Position numbers and translations under genes: made by a program. This document shows positions 34,151 to 43,575 of a DNA stretch of 64,000 nucleotides, one piece after another. The DNA is taken from the NCBI GenBank assembly GCA_964586045.1, contig CAZPFY010000001.1, positions 154 to 64,153 on the forward strand. Reading direction: 5' to 3'. The notes under the pieces were generated by a model. It worked only from the letters and a program-made list of their open reading frames with translations, was not told where the DNA came from and ran no database searches. The stretch comes from an uncultured Pseudomonadales bacterium. GTDB taxonomy: Bacteria; Patescibacteriota; Microgenomatia; UBA1400; MFAQ01. The first letter of the stretch is position 1, and each line of letters begins with the position of its first letter.

Positions 34151-35110
34151 TTATTTCCTTTCCAAGATATGGATTTCCTTTTGAAGTTCTCGAACTTCTT
34201 TTTCGAGTTCGTCTTGGTGCCTTTTGCTGCGTTTGTTAAGCAAGATGATGACTGTTAGAGCTGAGATTAGGGCTACAAGTGAGTAAATGACTAGACGGAT
34301 TGGAAAAAGCCAAAAGAAAATTGTTGCGCTCAAGACACTGTCTTGACTGCCGTAGATAAGATTGAGTTCTGCTTTGTATTTTCCATAACCCCATTTTTGA
34401 TTCCAGGCGGCGGAAATGAGCTTGGTATTGTCCGGGAAAATGTTTCCGAGGTCCAAAGGAATTCTGGATACTTCTTTGTTAAATAAATCGGTAATGGTTA
34501 TTGATCCTTTTGGTTGAATATGAATATCAGAAGTATTTTCGATGGTTCCTGTAAACTCGATTGGTCCTTTTTCGGTGAATTTTGGAGAAGTAAAAGAGGT
34601 GATTGTTGCTTTTTCGTTTATTTTTCCTTTTATGGTGAGATAAATTAGACTACCAACTCGTTGACCGATGATGGTAGCTGTTTTTTTTAGTTCCCCTGGT
34701 TTTATTTCGGCGTTGGGCATGTAAGTTACCATGGCATAATGACCACCTGGCAATGCAGAGTGTGGTACTCGAATAATGATTTCGATGTTTTGAGTGGCTT
34801 TTGAGTCGACAGGAATGAGCTTGGGAGCACTGATCCATTTGCGAAGCGACCATTTACTGGTGATGTTTTCGGAAATTGGAATTGGGGTGCCACTAAGATC
34901 ATCTACGATAAAATCATTTACAAAAACAGTATAGTTTTGTGAGATTTCGGAGTCGTTTCTGACTTTTAGGGTAGCTCTTATAGTTTCGCCCGGCTTGGCT
35001 TCGATTTGAAGTCGGGGTGGAATGGCGGTGATGGTTGATTCGGCAAAAGTTGGAGTGGAAAATAAAAATAAAAAGAGAGAAAAAATTAAGATGAGATTTA
35101 TTTTTTTCAT
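34151..35110 (-). CDS. DUF916/DUF3324-like cell-surface protein (signal peptide, beta-sandwich, C-terminal TM and charged tail)
   Basis: 319 aa. Signal peptide, then PPRLQIEAKPGETIRATLKVRNDSEISQNYTVFV, as in the DUF916 N-region. C-terminal TM FFWLFPIRLVIYSLVALISALTVIILL followed by a KRSKRHQDELEKE tail. Paralogous to 36567..37559. Confidence 0.5.
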   Translation of the reverse strand: MKKINLILIFSLFLFLFSTPTFAESTITAIPPRLQIEAKPGETIRATLKVRNDSEISQNYTVFVNDFIVDDLSGTPIPISENITSKWSLRKWISAPKLIPVDSKATQNIEIIIRVPHSALPGGHYAMVTYMPNAEIKPGELKKTATIIGQRVGSLIYLTIKGKINEKATITSFTSPKFTEKGPIEFTGTIENTSDIHIQPKGSITITDLFNKEVSRIPLDLGNIFPDNTKLISAAWNQKWGYGKYKAELNLIYGSQDSVLSATIFFWLFPIRLVIYSLVALISALTVIILLNKRSKRHQDELEKEVRELQKEIHILERK

Positions 35111-36538
35111 TTAGAAAGAGGCTGTGGCAGTATAAGTAATTTGGTTTTCGTAGTCTCCAGCGGCTTGAGTAGCGTCGACGGTAACACGGTAACAAACGTT
35201 GGCGGTGTTGCTATTGGCTACTGTGGTGTTTGACATAATGGTGGCAACTAGAGGAGCATCTGGATCTGCGACGGAGGGGAATTTGCGTGCGTTGAAAGCT
35301 GCACCAGAAGAGGTAAAGGGAACCGTAGCTCCAGAAACGGATTTGAGGGTGTAGCCAAAGCCAGGATGGGCAGTAGCGGTGTCCCAAGTGTCGGAAACTG
35401 TTTCGCTGGCTGTTCCAGCGTCTCCTGTAGTGTCGGGAATAAATGGAGTGGTACCGCCATTTTTACCAAGTTGATCGTTTTCTTGGGCGGTTACAATGTA
35501 GCCGTTAGAGGCGTTGGTGGAAACAGTGAGGAGGTGGGCTGCATCCTTGAAGGTATTTAAAGCTAAGGTGCCAAAAGGGACGGCCAGGGGAGCATTTGTG
35601 CCAGTTGTAGTGTCGACGTCTGTTTGGTTTGTAACGCCTGTGCCACACGGGTTGGCACCTGAAGCTACTCCTGCAATAGTAAAGGTGATAGTTGGATCGA
35701 CTGTAGCGGTGACTCTGACTGATTCGATAACAGCGACTTTGCCACTACTGCTGTCAATTTCGGTATCAACATCGTCGTAGTTTTTTACTTGAAAAGTATA
35801 AGTATCAGCTGTTGCTTGAGTGTGTCCAGTGGCAGGAGCTGGGGCTATTGGGGTGTTGGCTCCACTGCCAATAGTGATAGTGATAGGGGTGGAGACGCCA
35901 CCAGCGCCAGAATAATGGACTTCAAAACAGTGGTAGTTGGCTGGGGAAGTACAACCTGTCCCACCTGATGTGGTTGCAACGCCAGCAACAAAGGTGTATC
36001 CGGTTGTATCGGTGCCTGATACGGTAACCGTTCCGCCACCAAAATCAAAACCGTCGTCGTCTGGGCTTCCGTCGTTTGGGGTCGTAGCGTCAGCGGGTAA
36101 AAGAACGCGAAAATAACCATTGGCGACCGCCGAGGCGGTGTTGAAAGTTACGACATGTTGAGGTTTTGATTTTAAATATACCGGGTCGTTATCGTCTGTA
36201 TCTCCGGCGGCTAAAACTGGAGAAACGGAAAATTCACTGGAGTTTAATATACCGACAACAGTGTAGGAGCCTGTGCCGATGGTAAGGCTGTCGCCGATTC
36301 GAAGATTGGCGGTTGAAATGGTATTTGCCGGGGCAGAAGCAACGGTTTTGATCATAACGTTCGAGCTTCCGGTAAAAGTACCTGAAGAATCGACGCGGGC
36401 ATTAATGGAAATTCTGGAGGATTGAAGGGTATCTTTGACGACGGTAAGGTTGGATGAGTCTGTTTCGATAGGGTTTGATACAAAAAAGATTATTGAAAGA
36501 CCAAGGAAAAATGGCAAAAACTTCTTTTTTGTGGACAC
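35111..36538 (-). CDS. secreted beta-rich surface protein (WxL-like candidate), paralog of 37561..38430
   Basis: 475 aa. Signal peptide, Thr/Gly/Ala-rich beta-strand composition, and a C-terminal tail TQAAGDYENQITYTATASF that aligns with SQTAGTYQNGIQYLAIPAF of the paralog. The W..D..GFGY motif is shared. Confidence 0.5.
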   Translation of the reverse strand: MSTKKKFLPFFLGLSIIFFVSNPIETDSSNLTVVKDTLQSSRISINARVDSSGTFTGSSNVMIKTVASAPANTISTANLRIGDSLTIGTGSYTVVGILNSSEFSVSPVLAAGDTDDNDPVYLKSKPQHVVTFNTASAVANGYFRVLLPADATTPNDGSPDDDGFDFGGGTVTVSGTDTTGYTFVAGVATTSGGTGCTSPANYHCFEVHYSGAGGVSTPITITIGSGANTPIAPAPATGHTQATADTYTFQVKNYDDVDTEIDSSSGKVAVIESVRVTATVDPTITFTIAGVASGANPCGTGVTNQTDVDTTTGTNAPLAVPFGTLALNTFKDAAHLLTVSTNASNGYIVTAQENDQLGKNGGTTPFIPDTTGDAGTASETVSDTWDTATAHPGFGYTLKSVSGATVPFTSSGAAFNARKFPSVADPDAPLVATIMSNTTVANSNTANVCYRVTVDATQAAGDYENQITYTATASF

Positions 36539-36566
36539 TATATATTTAGATTACTACACTATCGCT

Positions 36567-37559
36567 TTAATTATCAACTACCTGATTTTTGTTTGTAACT
36601 TTAGATATAATTTTCAGTAGGACGAAAGATATAAAAATGGTGGCACCAGATTTGAATGGGAAGAAAAAGATATCAATAGAATTGCTGGTATTTGTGTTTT
36701 CTGATTTGACGTTAAAGCTAAGTGTATGCAAGCCAACTATTCTTAGCGTTGGAGAAAAGAAAAAGGGTTTTTCGTTGGAAGAGATAAGTGTTCGAGAAGA
36801 CTTGGAAATGACATATTGAGGAAGTATACCTTGAAGAAAAAGAACCTCGGAGTTTTTTTTGTTAGTTAATTTAAAGGTACCTTTGGTTTCGGTTAGGGAT
36901 GGTCCCTCGTTGGTAGCGATTGCGGTTACAGTAATGGGGGTAAGGTTGTCAGCATAATAGCGACGACCAATTTTGACAAAACTACCCGAAGTGATGGTTA
37001 TTTTTTCAATTTTTAAAATGGTGTTGGGATTTATTTCTGGAGTTATAGAAATAAGAAGATTGGCGCCAATTGAGGAACCAATACTAATATTTTTTTGATC
37101 TCCGCTTATTGAGTTATCGTAGGTTGAGAATAGTAAGGTGGTGTAAAGATCTTCGGCATTAGCGGTTTCGGGTACAGAAAGGCTGACCACTATTTGTTGC
37201 TTATTTTTGGCTTTTAGTAAAAATGGTTCGTCAAACTTTATTTCTGAGTTGGAGAGGTTGAAGTATTTTAACCAGGAAGCACTTGCTTTGATGTCAATGG
37301 TGGGATTGCCATTGTTGTCAGCTTTGTTGAAGGGGATGACTCTAACAACAAGATATTTGTCAGTGTTTTCGATGTTTTCAATAGTAAAACTTTTGGTAAT
37401 TGATTTACCAGGTTTTATTTGAACTCGAACAAGGGGTGGATCGAGAGAGAGGCCGACTGGCGAGGCTTGTGTGGGAGTAGCAACTGCGAATAAACAAAAT
37501 ATTATTACGATGCCTGACTTGACTAGTAATTTAGCAAATAAAATATTTTTCGTCTTCAT
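36567..37559 (-). CDS. DUF916/DUF3324-like cell-surface protein (second copy)
   Basis: 330 aa. Signal peptide, then PPLVRVQIKPGKSITKSFTIENIENTDKYLVVRVIPF, similar to the 34151..35110 N-region. C-terminal TM ATIFISFVLLKIISKV. Confidence 0.5.
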   Translation of the reverse strand: MKTKNILFAKLLVKSGIVIIFCLFAVATPTQASPVGLSLDPPLVRVQIKPGKSITKSFTIENIENTDKYLVVRVIPFNKADNNGNPTIDIKASASWLKYFNLSNSEIKFDEPFLLKAKNKQQIVVSLSVPETANAEDLYTTLLFSTYDNSISGDQKNISIGSSIGANLLISITPEINPNTILKIEKITITSGSFVKIGRRYYADNLTPITVTAIATNEGPSLTETKGTFKLTNKKNSEVLFLQGILPQYVISKSSRTLISSNEKPFFFSPTLRIVGLHTLSFNVKSENTNTSNSIDIFFFPFKSGATIFISFVLLKIISKVTNKNQVVDN

Positions 37560-37560
37560 A

Positions 37561-38430
37561 TTAAAAGGCTGGGATGGCTAAATACTGAATTCCGTTTTGG
37601 TAAGTTCCTGCTGTTTGCGATCCGGAAATGTTTAGTTTGTAAGTGACAATAGCACTGGAGTCTGTGGCTGTGGCTGAAGCTCTGGTCATTACTGTACTGG
37701 GTTGGTCAGTTCCTTGAATGGGGAAGGGGCGGAAATAAGTTGTGTTGACAAAATCTGTATCTGCGTTGGTGCCGGTTGCATTATAGCCAAAGCCGTAACG
37801 AGTATCGTCTGTCCAGGGCGTAGCGTCGGTGATAGTGCAAGGGGTGGCAAGATTGCAGCTGGTGTCGGGAATTGTAGTTGAGCCGTTGGTTAGTCTTAGG
37901 GGGTGATCTTGAATTACTTTGACGTTGAAACCGTATGAGCTGCCGGTGGATACAGTAAGAACATTTGTAAGGGTGCTTGGGGTCCCGGGGACTAAAGTGC
38001 CGTAGCTCAGGTCAATGTCAGAGATGGTAAAGGTGAAGGGAATGGAGTTGGCGAGATATTGAAAGCCGGCTTTTATGGTATAGCCACTTGAGTTAAATTC
38101 GCCTTGAGCTGTTTGCCCCACAGTGTCATTTAGTTTGTACGACGTGGAACTTTTTGATCCTCCCGTAATATTAATAGTTCCCATTTTTATTTCAAAACCT
38201 GGGGAAGAGAGGTTGTCAGCGAAAGTTGATGATGGAAAAAAAACGATAAAAACAAACACTGCAATAGTAATTACTACAAGACTATTTTTATTAAAAAAAG
38301 TCTTAAATAAGGCTAAATGGTGGCTATTTGGAGTGCCATCAGCCGTGGAGTGTGTCTTTCTGATGTATTTTGATAAGCTAATCATTTTTACTTTGATATA
38401 TTTCGTGTTTGTGCCTGGTGGGGTATACAT
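37561..38430 (-). CDS. secreted beta-rich surface protein (WxL-like candidate), paralog of 35111..36538
   Basis: 289-aa ORF. The real start may be the internal Met (MISLSKY, about 38385). Signal anchor LVVITIAVFVFIVFFPSSTFA. LTVSTGSSYGFNVKV aligns with LTVSTNASNGYIVTA of the paralog. The C-terminus is YLAIPAF. Confidence 0.5.
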   Translation of the reverse strand: MYTPPGTNTKYIKVKMISLSKYIRKTHSTADGTPNSHHLALFKTFFNKNSLVVITIAVFVFIVFFPSSTFADNLSSPGFEIKMGTINITGGSKSSTSYKLNDTVGQTAQGEFNSSGYTIKAGFQYLANSIPFTFTISDIDLSYGTLVPGTPSTLTNVLTVSTGSSYGFNVKVIQDHPLRLTNGSTTIPDTSCNLATPCTITDATPWTDDTRYGFGYNATGTNADTDFVNTTYFRPFPIQGTDQPSTVMTRASATATDSSAIVTYKLNISGSQTAGTYQNGIQYLAIPAF

Positions 38431-38458
38431 AACCCGAAGAGATTAACAATTATTTTAT

Positions 38459-39199
38459 TTATATGTTTTTATTATCAGATGATTCTTTTATAGTATCTTC
38501 TAGGTCCTCGCTAGAAGAATAAAGGGTTAAAAGGTCAATTTGGATCGATTTTATTTTGTCCAAAAAGCTTTTGGGAAACTGAATGTTGTTGCGGCTGGAG
38601 TTGAGAAAAATAATTAAATCGGTAACCGAATTGATAACGGTGTTGATTGTGGGCTTGGCTTCGGTGGCGAGCCAGAGTAAACTGTCGGTTTCTTCTTTCT
38701 TGATGTTATCTTTTAACAAAGAAATTTTTCCCTCGGCCTCAAGATTTTTAATCATAATTTTGGCAAAAGATTGGGCGAGGGGGGAAATTAAAAGCAGGGA
38801 AAATAAATTGGCGAGAGTGAGGATATCAAACTCAAAATTGGTTTTTACTAAATAGATGGTAGCGGTACAGATAGCAATAGTGAAACTTTGGTAGCTTTCG
38901 TATATGAGGGCAAAAGCAAAAATCAAAAAATAGTATAAGAAAAAAAGTGGAGAAGACGCACCGCCAGTTGAAAGTATCAAGAGTTGGGTAATAGCGTTTG
39001 TTGCAAGGATGGTAAGAATGTTTGGGTCAAAATTGTGATATGTTGCAAGCAAAACTTTTTTGGAGACGGTGTAGAGGATTATAAGAGCTCCGCAAAGCTG
39101 GAGAGTGTAGTTTGAGGTTAAGATATTCTCACTCCACAGAAAGGGTAGTAGGCAGGAAGCGGCAATAAGGCTAGTGTGGAGAAGAAAACCTTGTTTCAT
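38459..39199 (-). CDS. polytopic membrane protein with a C-terminal soluble domain (first gene of the surface-locus operon)
   Basis: 246 aa. About five hydrophobic helices in the first 150 aa, then a charged C-terminal region. Confidence 0.45.
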   Translation of the reverse strand: MKQGFLLHTSLIAASCLLPFLWSENILTSNYTLQLCGALIILYTVSKKVLLATYHNFDPNILTILATNAITQLLILSTGGASSPLFFLYYFLIFAFALIYESYQSFTIAICTATIYLVKTNFEFDILTLANLFSLLLISPLAQSFAKIMIKNLEAEGKISLLKDNIKKEETDSLLWLATEAKPTINTVINSVTDLIIFLNSSRNNIQFPKSFLDKIKSIQIDLLTLYSSSEDLEDTIKESSDNKNI

Positions 39200-39458
39200 T
39201 AATTAAATATAGCAAATATATTAAATTAAAAATTTAAATTTATAGATTCTTTGGTGATATATTTTGTTATTAAATTGGCAATATATATATTTGAGTGATT
39301 ATTGTTTTGGGCATAAATAAGATATTGGATAACAGATGTCAGGTATCAGATGTCTGATGTGTTTCTTAGAGATGGATCAGCCTTTGGATGAAGAAGTCAG
39401 GTGATTGATAAGACCTCACTTCTAATATTGACATGGATTTTTGCTAAAATAAATTAAA

Positions 39459-40058
39459 GTGTTAGATAAATTTAAAGATGTTTATCGAAAAACTGGAGAT
39501 TTGGAAAAATGGATGGGTGTTTTTGCGCTGTTGGGTGTGCTTGTTGCCTTTGTTGGCCTTTTTAGAGGTATTCTAGTGTCTCGTCAGGTTCAAATTGAGT
39601 ACCTAAACACAGATAAGAAGACTACAGAGGAAATTAAAATAGTGGTAGACATAGAGGGGGCAGTAAATAAACCGGGGGTGTACGAACTTTTAAATAATTC
39701 TAGGATAAAAGATATTTTGGTCTTGGCTGGAGGATATAGTGAAAAAGCAGATAGAACATACTGCGAAAAAATGATTAATTTGGCTTCAACCTTAAAAGAC
39801 GCTCAAAAAATTTACATCCCTTTTGTTAATGATACCCCGAAGGTGCTAGGGTATACTGAGGCTAATTCAGCTACAAAACTGATCAATATGAACACCGCTT
39901 CTGATAGTGAACTTGATACCCTTTGGGGTATAGGTGAGTCCAGAATAGAGAATATTGTGAAAAATAGACCATACCAAAGTGTCGAAGAGCTCGTTACAAA
40001 AAAAGTTTTTACGAAACAAATTTTGGAAAAAAATAAGGAGATGATAGTGGTTTATTAA
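39459..40058 (+). CDS. comEA: competence protein ComEA (SLBB plus helix-hairpin-helix DNA-binding domains)
   Basis: GTG start. N-terminal TM, SLBB-like VVDIEGAVNKPGVYEL, and a C-terminal HhH MNTASDSELDTLWGIGESRIENIV. Confidence 0.85.
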   Translation: MLDKFKDVYRKTGDLEKWMGVFALLGVLVAFVGLFRGILVSRQVQIEYLNTDKKTTEEIKIVVDIEGAVNKPGVYELLNNSRIKDILVLAGGYSEKADRTYCEKMINLASTLKDAQKIYIPFVNDTPKVLGYTEANSATKLINMNTASDSELDTLWGIGESRIENIVKNRPYQSVEELVTKKVFTKQILEKNKEMIVVY

Positions 40059-40059
40059 C

Positions 40060-41178
40060 ATGCAAAAAAGGGTTTTTGCATTAGTCTTGTTACTTGTTTT
40101 GAGAATTATTATCGGTTTTGTTATTAATGCCAGATACTATCAATTTGAACAAATTAGAGTTACGGGAAAAGTGATCAGAGTGATTCAGATAGATAATAAC
40201 TGCATCATAGATTTGGGAGTATTTAGAGCAAAGATGGAGAACCGATGCGCCTTTAAAAAAGGCGAGTTTGTGAGGGTTGTTGGCAGACCTACAGCTGGTT
40301 TGATAGAGCTTCTTGGGGGTAAAATACTCTTGAACACGGCGATATTTGATTATTCTGAAAATAAGGATTTACTTGTTATGAGATTTGATTTTTGGCAGTC
40401 CACTTTTGGGCGACTGAGAGATTATTGCAGAGAAGTTTACCAAAGATTGTTGCCTAGGAACGAGTCGGCTTTGCTTGCGGGAATAGTTTTGGGGGATAAA
40501 GAAAGTATAGGCTATGATTTTTATCAGAATATGGTGAGAAGCGGAACAATCCATGTGGCTGTGGCCTCTGGATATAACTTGATGCTGGTGGGGGGAGTTA
40601 TTTTGAATTTGTTGTTTTGGATTTTTGAAAGGAAAAAAGCTACGATCTTTGCAGTTTTGGCCATGGCTTGTTATGCGGTTCTGGCGGGGTTTGAGCCACC
40701 TGTGGTGAGAGCTTTGATAATGTCGAGTTTGTTGCTTGTTGGCGCAGTGTTGGGGAGGAAGACAGCCCCTGTTTGGTTTTTAATAATTAGTGCTTGGGTA
40801 ATGCTGGTTTGGGACATGGATTTGCTTTGGAATGTTAGCTTTCAGCTTTCGGTTATGGCAAGTGTAGGGTTAATGGTGTTTGCGCCTTGGGTACAGGAAA
40901 TATTTAGGATAAAGGGGTTGGAGAAGGAAGGAATTGGTTTGGAAAAATTCGGCTTAATAACAACGGTGTGCACTATGTTGGCAACGGCACCAGTTATTTG
41001 GTGGCATTTTGGTAGAATAAGTATAATAGGCGTATTTAGCAATGTTTTTATATTGCCACTTGTCCCTCCAGTAATGATTCTTGGAGTTTTCACACTACTT
41101 ATGCCCGGACTGTTTTTTGTGCCTACTTATGCTCTGGTCCATCTTATGGTTTTGATAATTAACTTTTTTGGAACTTGA
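40060..41178 (+). CDS. comEC: ComEC/Rec2 membrane competence domain (N-terminal DUF4131-like plus Competence domain), a separate ORF from the MBL domain
   Basis: LLAGIVLGDKESIGYDFYQNMVRSGTIHVAVASGYNLMLVGG matches the ComEC competence-domain motif. It is polytopic. Confidence 0.8.
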   Translation: MQKRVFALVLLLVLRIIIGFVINARYYQFEQIRVTGKVIRVIQIDNNCIIDLGVFRAKMENRCAFKKGEFVRVVGRPTAGLIELLGGKILLNTAIFDYSENKDLLVMRFDFWQSTFGRLRDYCREVYQRLLPRNESALLAGIVLGDKESIGYDFYQNMVRSGTIHVAVASGYNLMLVGGVILNLLFWIFERKKATIFAVLAMACYAVLAGFEPPVVRALIMSSLLLVGAVLGRKTAPVWFLIISAWVMLVWDMDLLWNVSFQLSVMASVGLMVFAPWVQEIFRIKGLEKEGIGLEKFGLITTVCTMLATAPVIWWHFGRISIIGVFSNVFILPLVPPVMILGVFTLLMPGLFFVPTYALVHLMVLIINFFGT

Positions 41179-41242
41179 CATAGATATTTTAAACCTATAA
41201 AATACTAGACAATTGAACGTAAATTGAAATTGGGAGGTACAA

Positions 41243-41431
41243 ATGCTGAGAGATTTGGCGGAGTCGCTGTTTTTTTTGGGAATGGTGGTTGTTATTATTA
41301 AGTTCGGTTGGCAGCTGGTAGACTGGATTATGAGCATGCTGTACGTTCTATCTTTTGGATGCTGCCTGGGTATTGTGGCTTTGATTGGGGGAGCCATATA
41401 TTTCTTTGGAAATAGAGAAAACTTTTTTTAA
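41243..41431 (+). CDS. small hydrophobic ORF between the two comEC parts
   Basis: 62 aa, two hydrophobic helices. It may be a remnant of the ComEC membrane region in a different frame. Confidence 0.3.
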   Translation: MLRDLAESLFFLGMVVVIIKFGWQLVDWIMSMLYVLSFGCCLGIVALIGGAIYFFGNRENFF

Positions 41432-41473
41432 TCTCACCTGATTTAGGTGGGATTTTTTGTGGCAAAATAAACT

Positions 41474-42253
41474 GTGGATTGGAAAAAGTGGGGGGTGGTA
41501 ATTGTTCTTCTTTTATCTATTTGGATATATTTTGAGTGGCCAGATAATAAACTGCATGCGGTTTTTTGTGATGTAGGGCAGGGAGACGCAGCCTTAATTG
41601 TTTTGGGTAGATTTCAAGCTTTGGTAGATACTGGGGCGTATGAAGATAAAGTTTTGCAGTGCCTAGCTGATCACGTTCCTTTTTGGGACAGACAAATTGA
41701 GCTGGTTTTTTTGAGCCATGCGGATAAAGATCACGTCGGAGCTCTGGAGGGGATAAAAAAGCATTACAAGATTGGTAATGTAATTAGTAAGGCAAAGGAA
41801 AATGATTTAATAAGATATGGAACGTTATATTTTGAGATATTAAAAGGGAGTCAAAATAATGTGTTGGTACCCATGAGCGGATCGAGTGAATCGAATGAAT
41901 CGTCGATTGTGATGAGAATGGCTTTTGGTAAGCTGTCGGTGCTTTTTACGGGAGATATTGATATGGAGAATGAATTGGCACTGATTGCTAGTGGAGTGCT
42001 AAGGCAAACAGAGGTGTTAAAAGTGTCGCATCACGGCTCTAAGTTTGCAAGTGGCTCTGAGTTTTTGGAAAAGGTTATGCCTAAGTACGCAATTGTCTCG
42101 GTAGGAAAGAAAAATAGTTATGGCCACCCAAGTAGTGATACTTTGATGCGTTTAGACACTGTTAAAACAAAAGTTTTGCGAACGGATTTAATAGGGGAAA
42201 TTGAGTTTGTGAGCGATGGGAGTCGGTTGGTCGGTGTGTCGGCAGATCGGTAA
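41474..42253 (+). CDS. comEC: ComEC C-terminal metallo-beta-lactamase domain protein
   Basis: HAVFCDVGQGDAALIV, FLSHADKDHVGAL and VSHHGSKFASGSEFLEKV form the ComEC-type MBL fold. Confidence 0.8.
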   Translation: MDWKKWGVVIVLLLSIWIYFEWPDNKLHAVFCDVGQGDAALIVLGRFQALVDTGAYEDKVLQCLADHVPFWDRQIELVFLSHADKDHVGALEGIKKHYKIGNVISKAKENDLIRYGTLYFEILKGSQNNVLVPMSGSSESNESSIVMRMAFGKLSVLFTGDIDMENELALIASGVLRQTEVLKVSHHGSKFASGSEFLEKVMPKYAIVSVGKKNSYGHPSSDTLMRLDTVKTKVLRTDLIGEIEFVSDGSRLVGVSADR

Positions 42254-42308
42254 TCGGTGGCACAGCGACACGGAGTCACAAAAAGACACCCTTGCGGGTG
42301 TCGGATTT

Positions 42309-42902
42309 TTATTTCATGCGTTTTGAAAGGAGTAAGGCTTGGGCTTGGACGAGTTCTGTGGAGATGTAACTCATTTGCGCAAGCAGTTTTACAGAATATC
42401 CTCGATCACGAGGTTCTATATCTTTGTCGGTGAGGAACTTGGCCCAGTGTTCTGATAGGATTACGTTTTCGAGAAGAGAGCGAAACTTGGGATCGTTACC
42501 AATGTAGCCGGTGTTAGCCATAATTTCAATCATGGCTCGCAGAGTGACGATGGGGTCGCAGGCGAGTAGCCAATCAAATATCTTGTCAAAATGATTTTCC
42601 CAAATGTCTTGAATTGAGGTGATTTCGGAAGGCCCGAAACGACCAGTAGCCATGATCCATTTGAGAGGGCTCCCGGGAGCATATTCTTCTATGCCTATCC
42701 AAAGATGGCCGGGTAAAATAGATGGATAGGGGCGAATGACAATATTGTCGATTGTAGTTGGTTCATTGATCATACTTGGGTGGACAAGGCAGAGATTTGG
42801 TTTCGAACCGTGCTTTTTGGCGTAGTAATCGACCGCATTCTGGATCTTCTGTCCAAGAGTGGTCTTTGGGTCATTGTCGAACCATAACATTCCAGTGTGC
42901 AT
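42309..42902 (-). CDS. hypothetical protein
   Basis: 197-aa ORF with no recognizable motif. Confidence 0.45.
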   Translation of the reverse strand: MHTGMLWFDNDPKTTLGQKIQNAVDYYAKKHGSKPNLCLVHPSMINEPTTIDNIVIRPYPSILPGHLWIGIEEYAPGSPLKWIMATGRFGPSEITSIQDIWENHFDKIFDWLLACDPIVTLRAMIEIMANTGYIGNDPKFRSLLENVILSEHWAKFLTDKDIEPRDRGYSVKLLAQMSYISTELVQAQALLLSKRMK

Positions 42903-43014
42903 AAGAGCTCCTTTTGTGAAAGAATTTTGGCTATTTTAGCATGGTTTGGGGAAATATGATACAATATAGGATGACTTAAGCAGTCGTATCTTTGAATAAA
43001 TTAGGAGGTGTAAC

Positions 43015-43359
43015 TTGAGGAGAACAAAGTCGTGGTTGCTTTTAGTGTTTCTGTTGATTGTATTGGTTTCGATTTCGCCCCTTTTTAGTTTTTTGAAGGA
43101 TTTGGCTAAGACCTACCCCTTGTTGTATGTCTCATTGTTTTTGACCTTTGTGGTTGTGCTCCGAATGTTTCCGAGAGGTCAAAATTACCGAACTTTTTCG
43201 GGAGACTTCTGGAAAATGATTTCGACCGTTCTGTTGATTGGTGTTGTTGTTGGCACATTTTTTTCCAGTTTTCTTTATGGATTAATATCTTGGTCTTTAA
43301 TCTGCAGCTTTTTGTATTGGTGGCATGTTTATAGCTTACCTACGAAAAAGACAGGGTGA
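43015..43359 (+). CDS. hypothetical membrane protein (3-4 TM helices)
   Basis: 114 aa, strongly hydrophobic, followed by a terminator. Confidence 0.45.
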   Translation: MRRTKSWLLLVFLLIVLVSISPLFSFLKDLAKTYPLLYVSLFLTFVVVLRMFPRGQNYRTFSGDFWKMISTVLLIGVVVGTFFSSFLYGLISWSLICSFLYWWHVYSLPTKKTG

Positions 43360-43366
43360 GTTGGTT

Positions 43367-43400
43367 ATATCCCGCTTGCGATTTTGCAGGCGGGATTTTT
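43367..43400 (+). terminator. rho-independent terminator
   Basis: ATCCCGC...GCGGGAT hairpin followed by TTTTTG. Confidence 0.6.
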
Positions 43401-43575
43401 GTATCAAAAAAGTAATTTTATTTTGATTTGCTCACACAAAAACCGAACGCTATTTCGCCAGCGCGAAATCCGTTCTTGTTTGCAGCCAAAAATCCCGCCT
43501 GAGCGGGAACCAGCTTTTTGGCTTTGCGCAATATTTTTGTTTTGAGTAAATCGAAATGTTATTTTTTGATATCTG

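Noticed and set aside
41432-41460. Possible terminator after the small ORF between the comEC parts (TCACCTGATTTAGGTGGGATTTTTT)
   Set aside because: The stem is only about 6 bp with a mismatch. If comEC is a single interrupted gene a terminator here would be unexpected. It is left unannotated.
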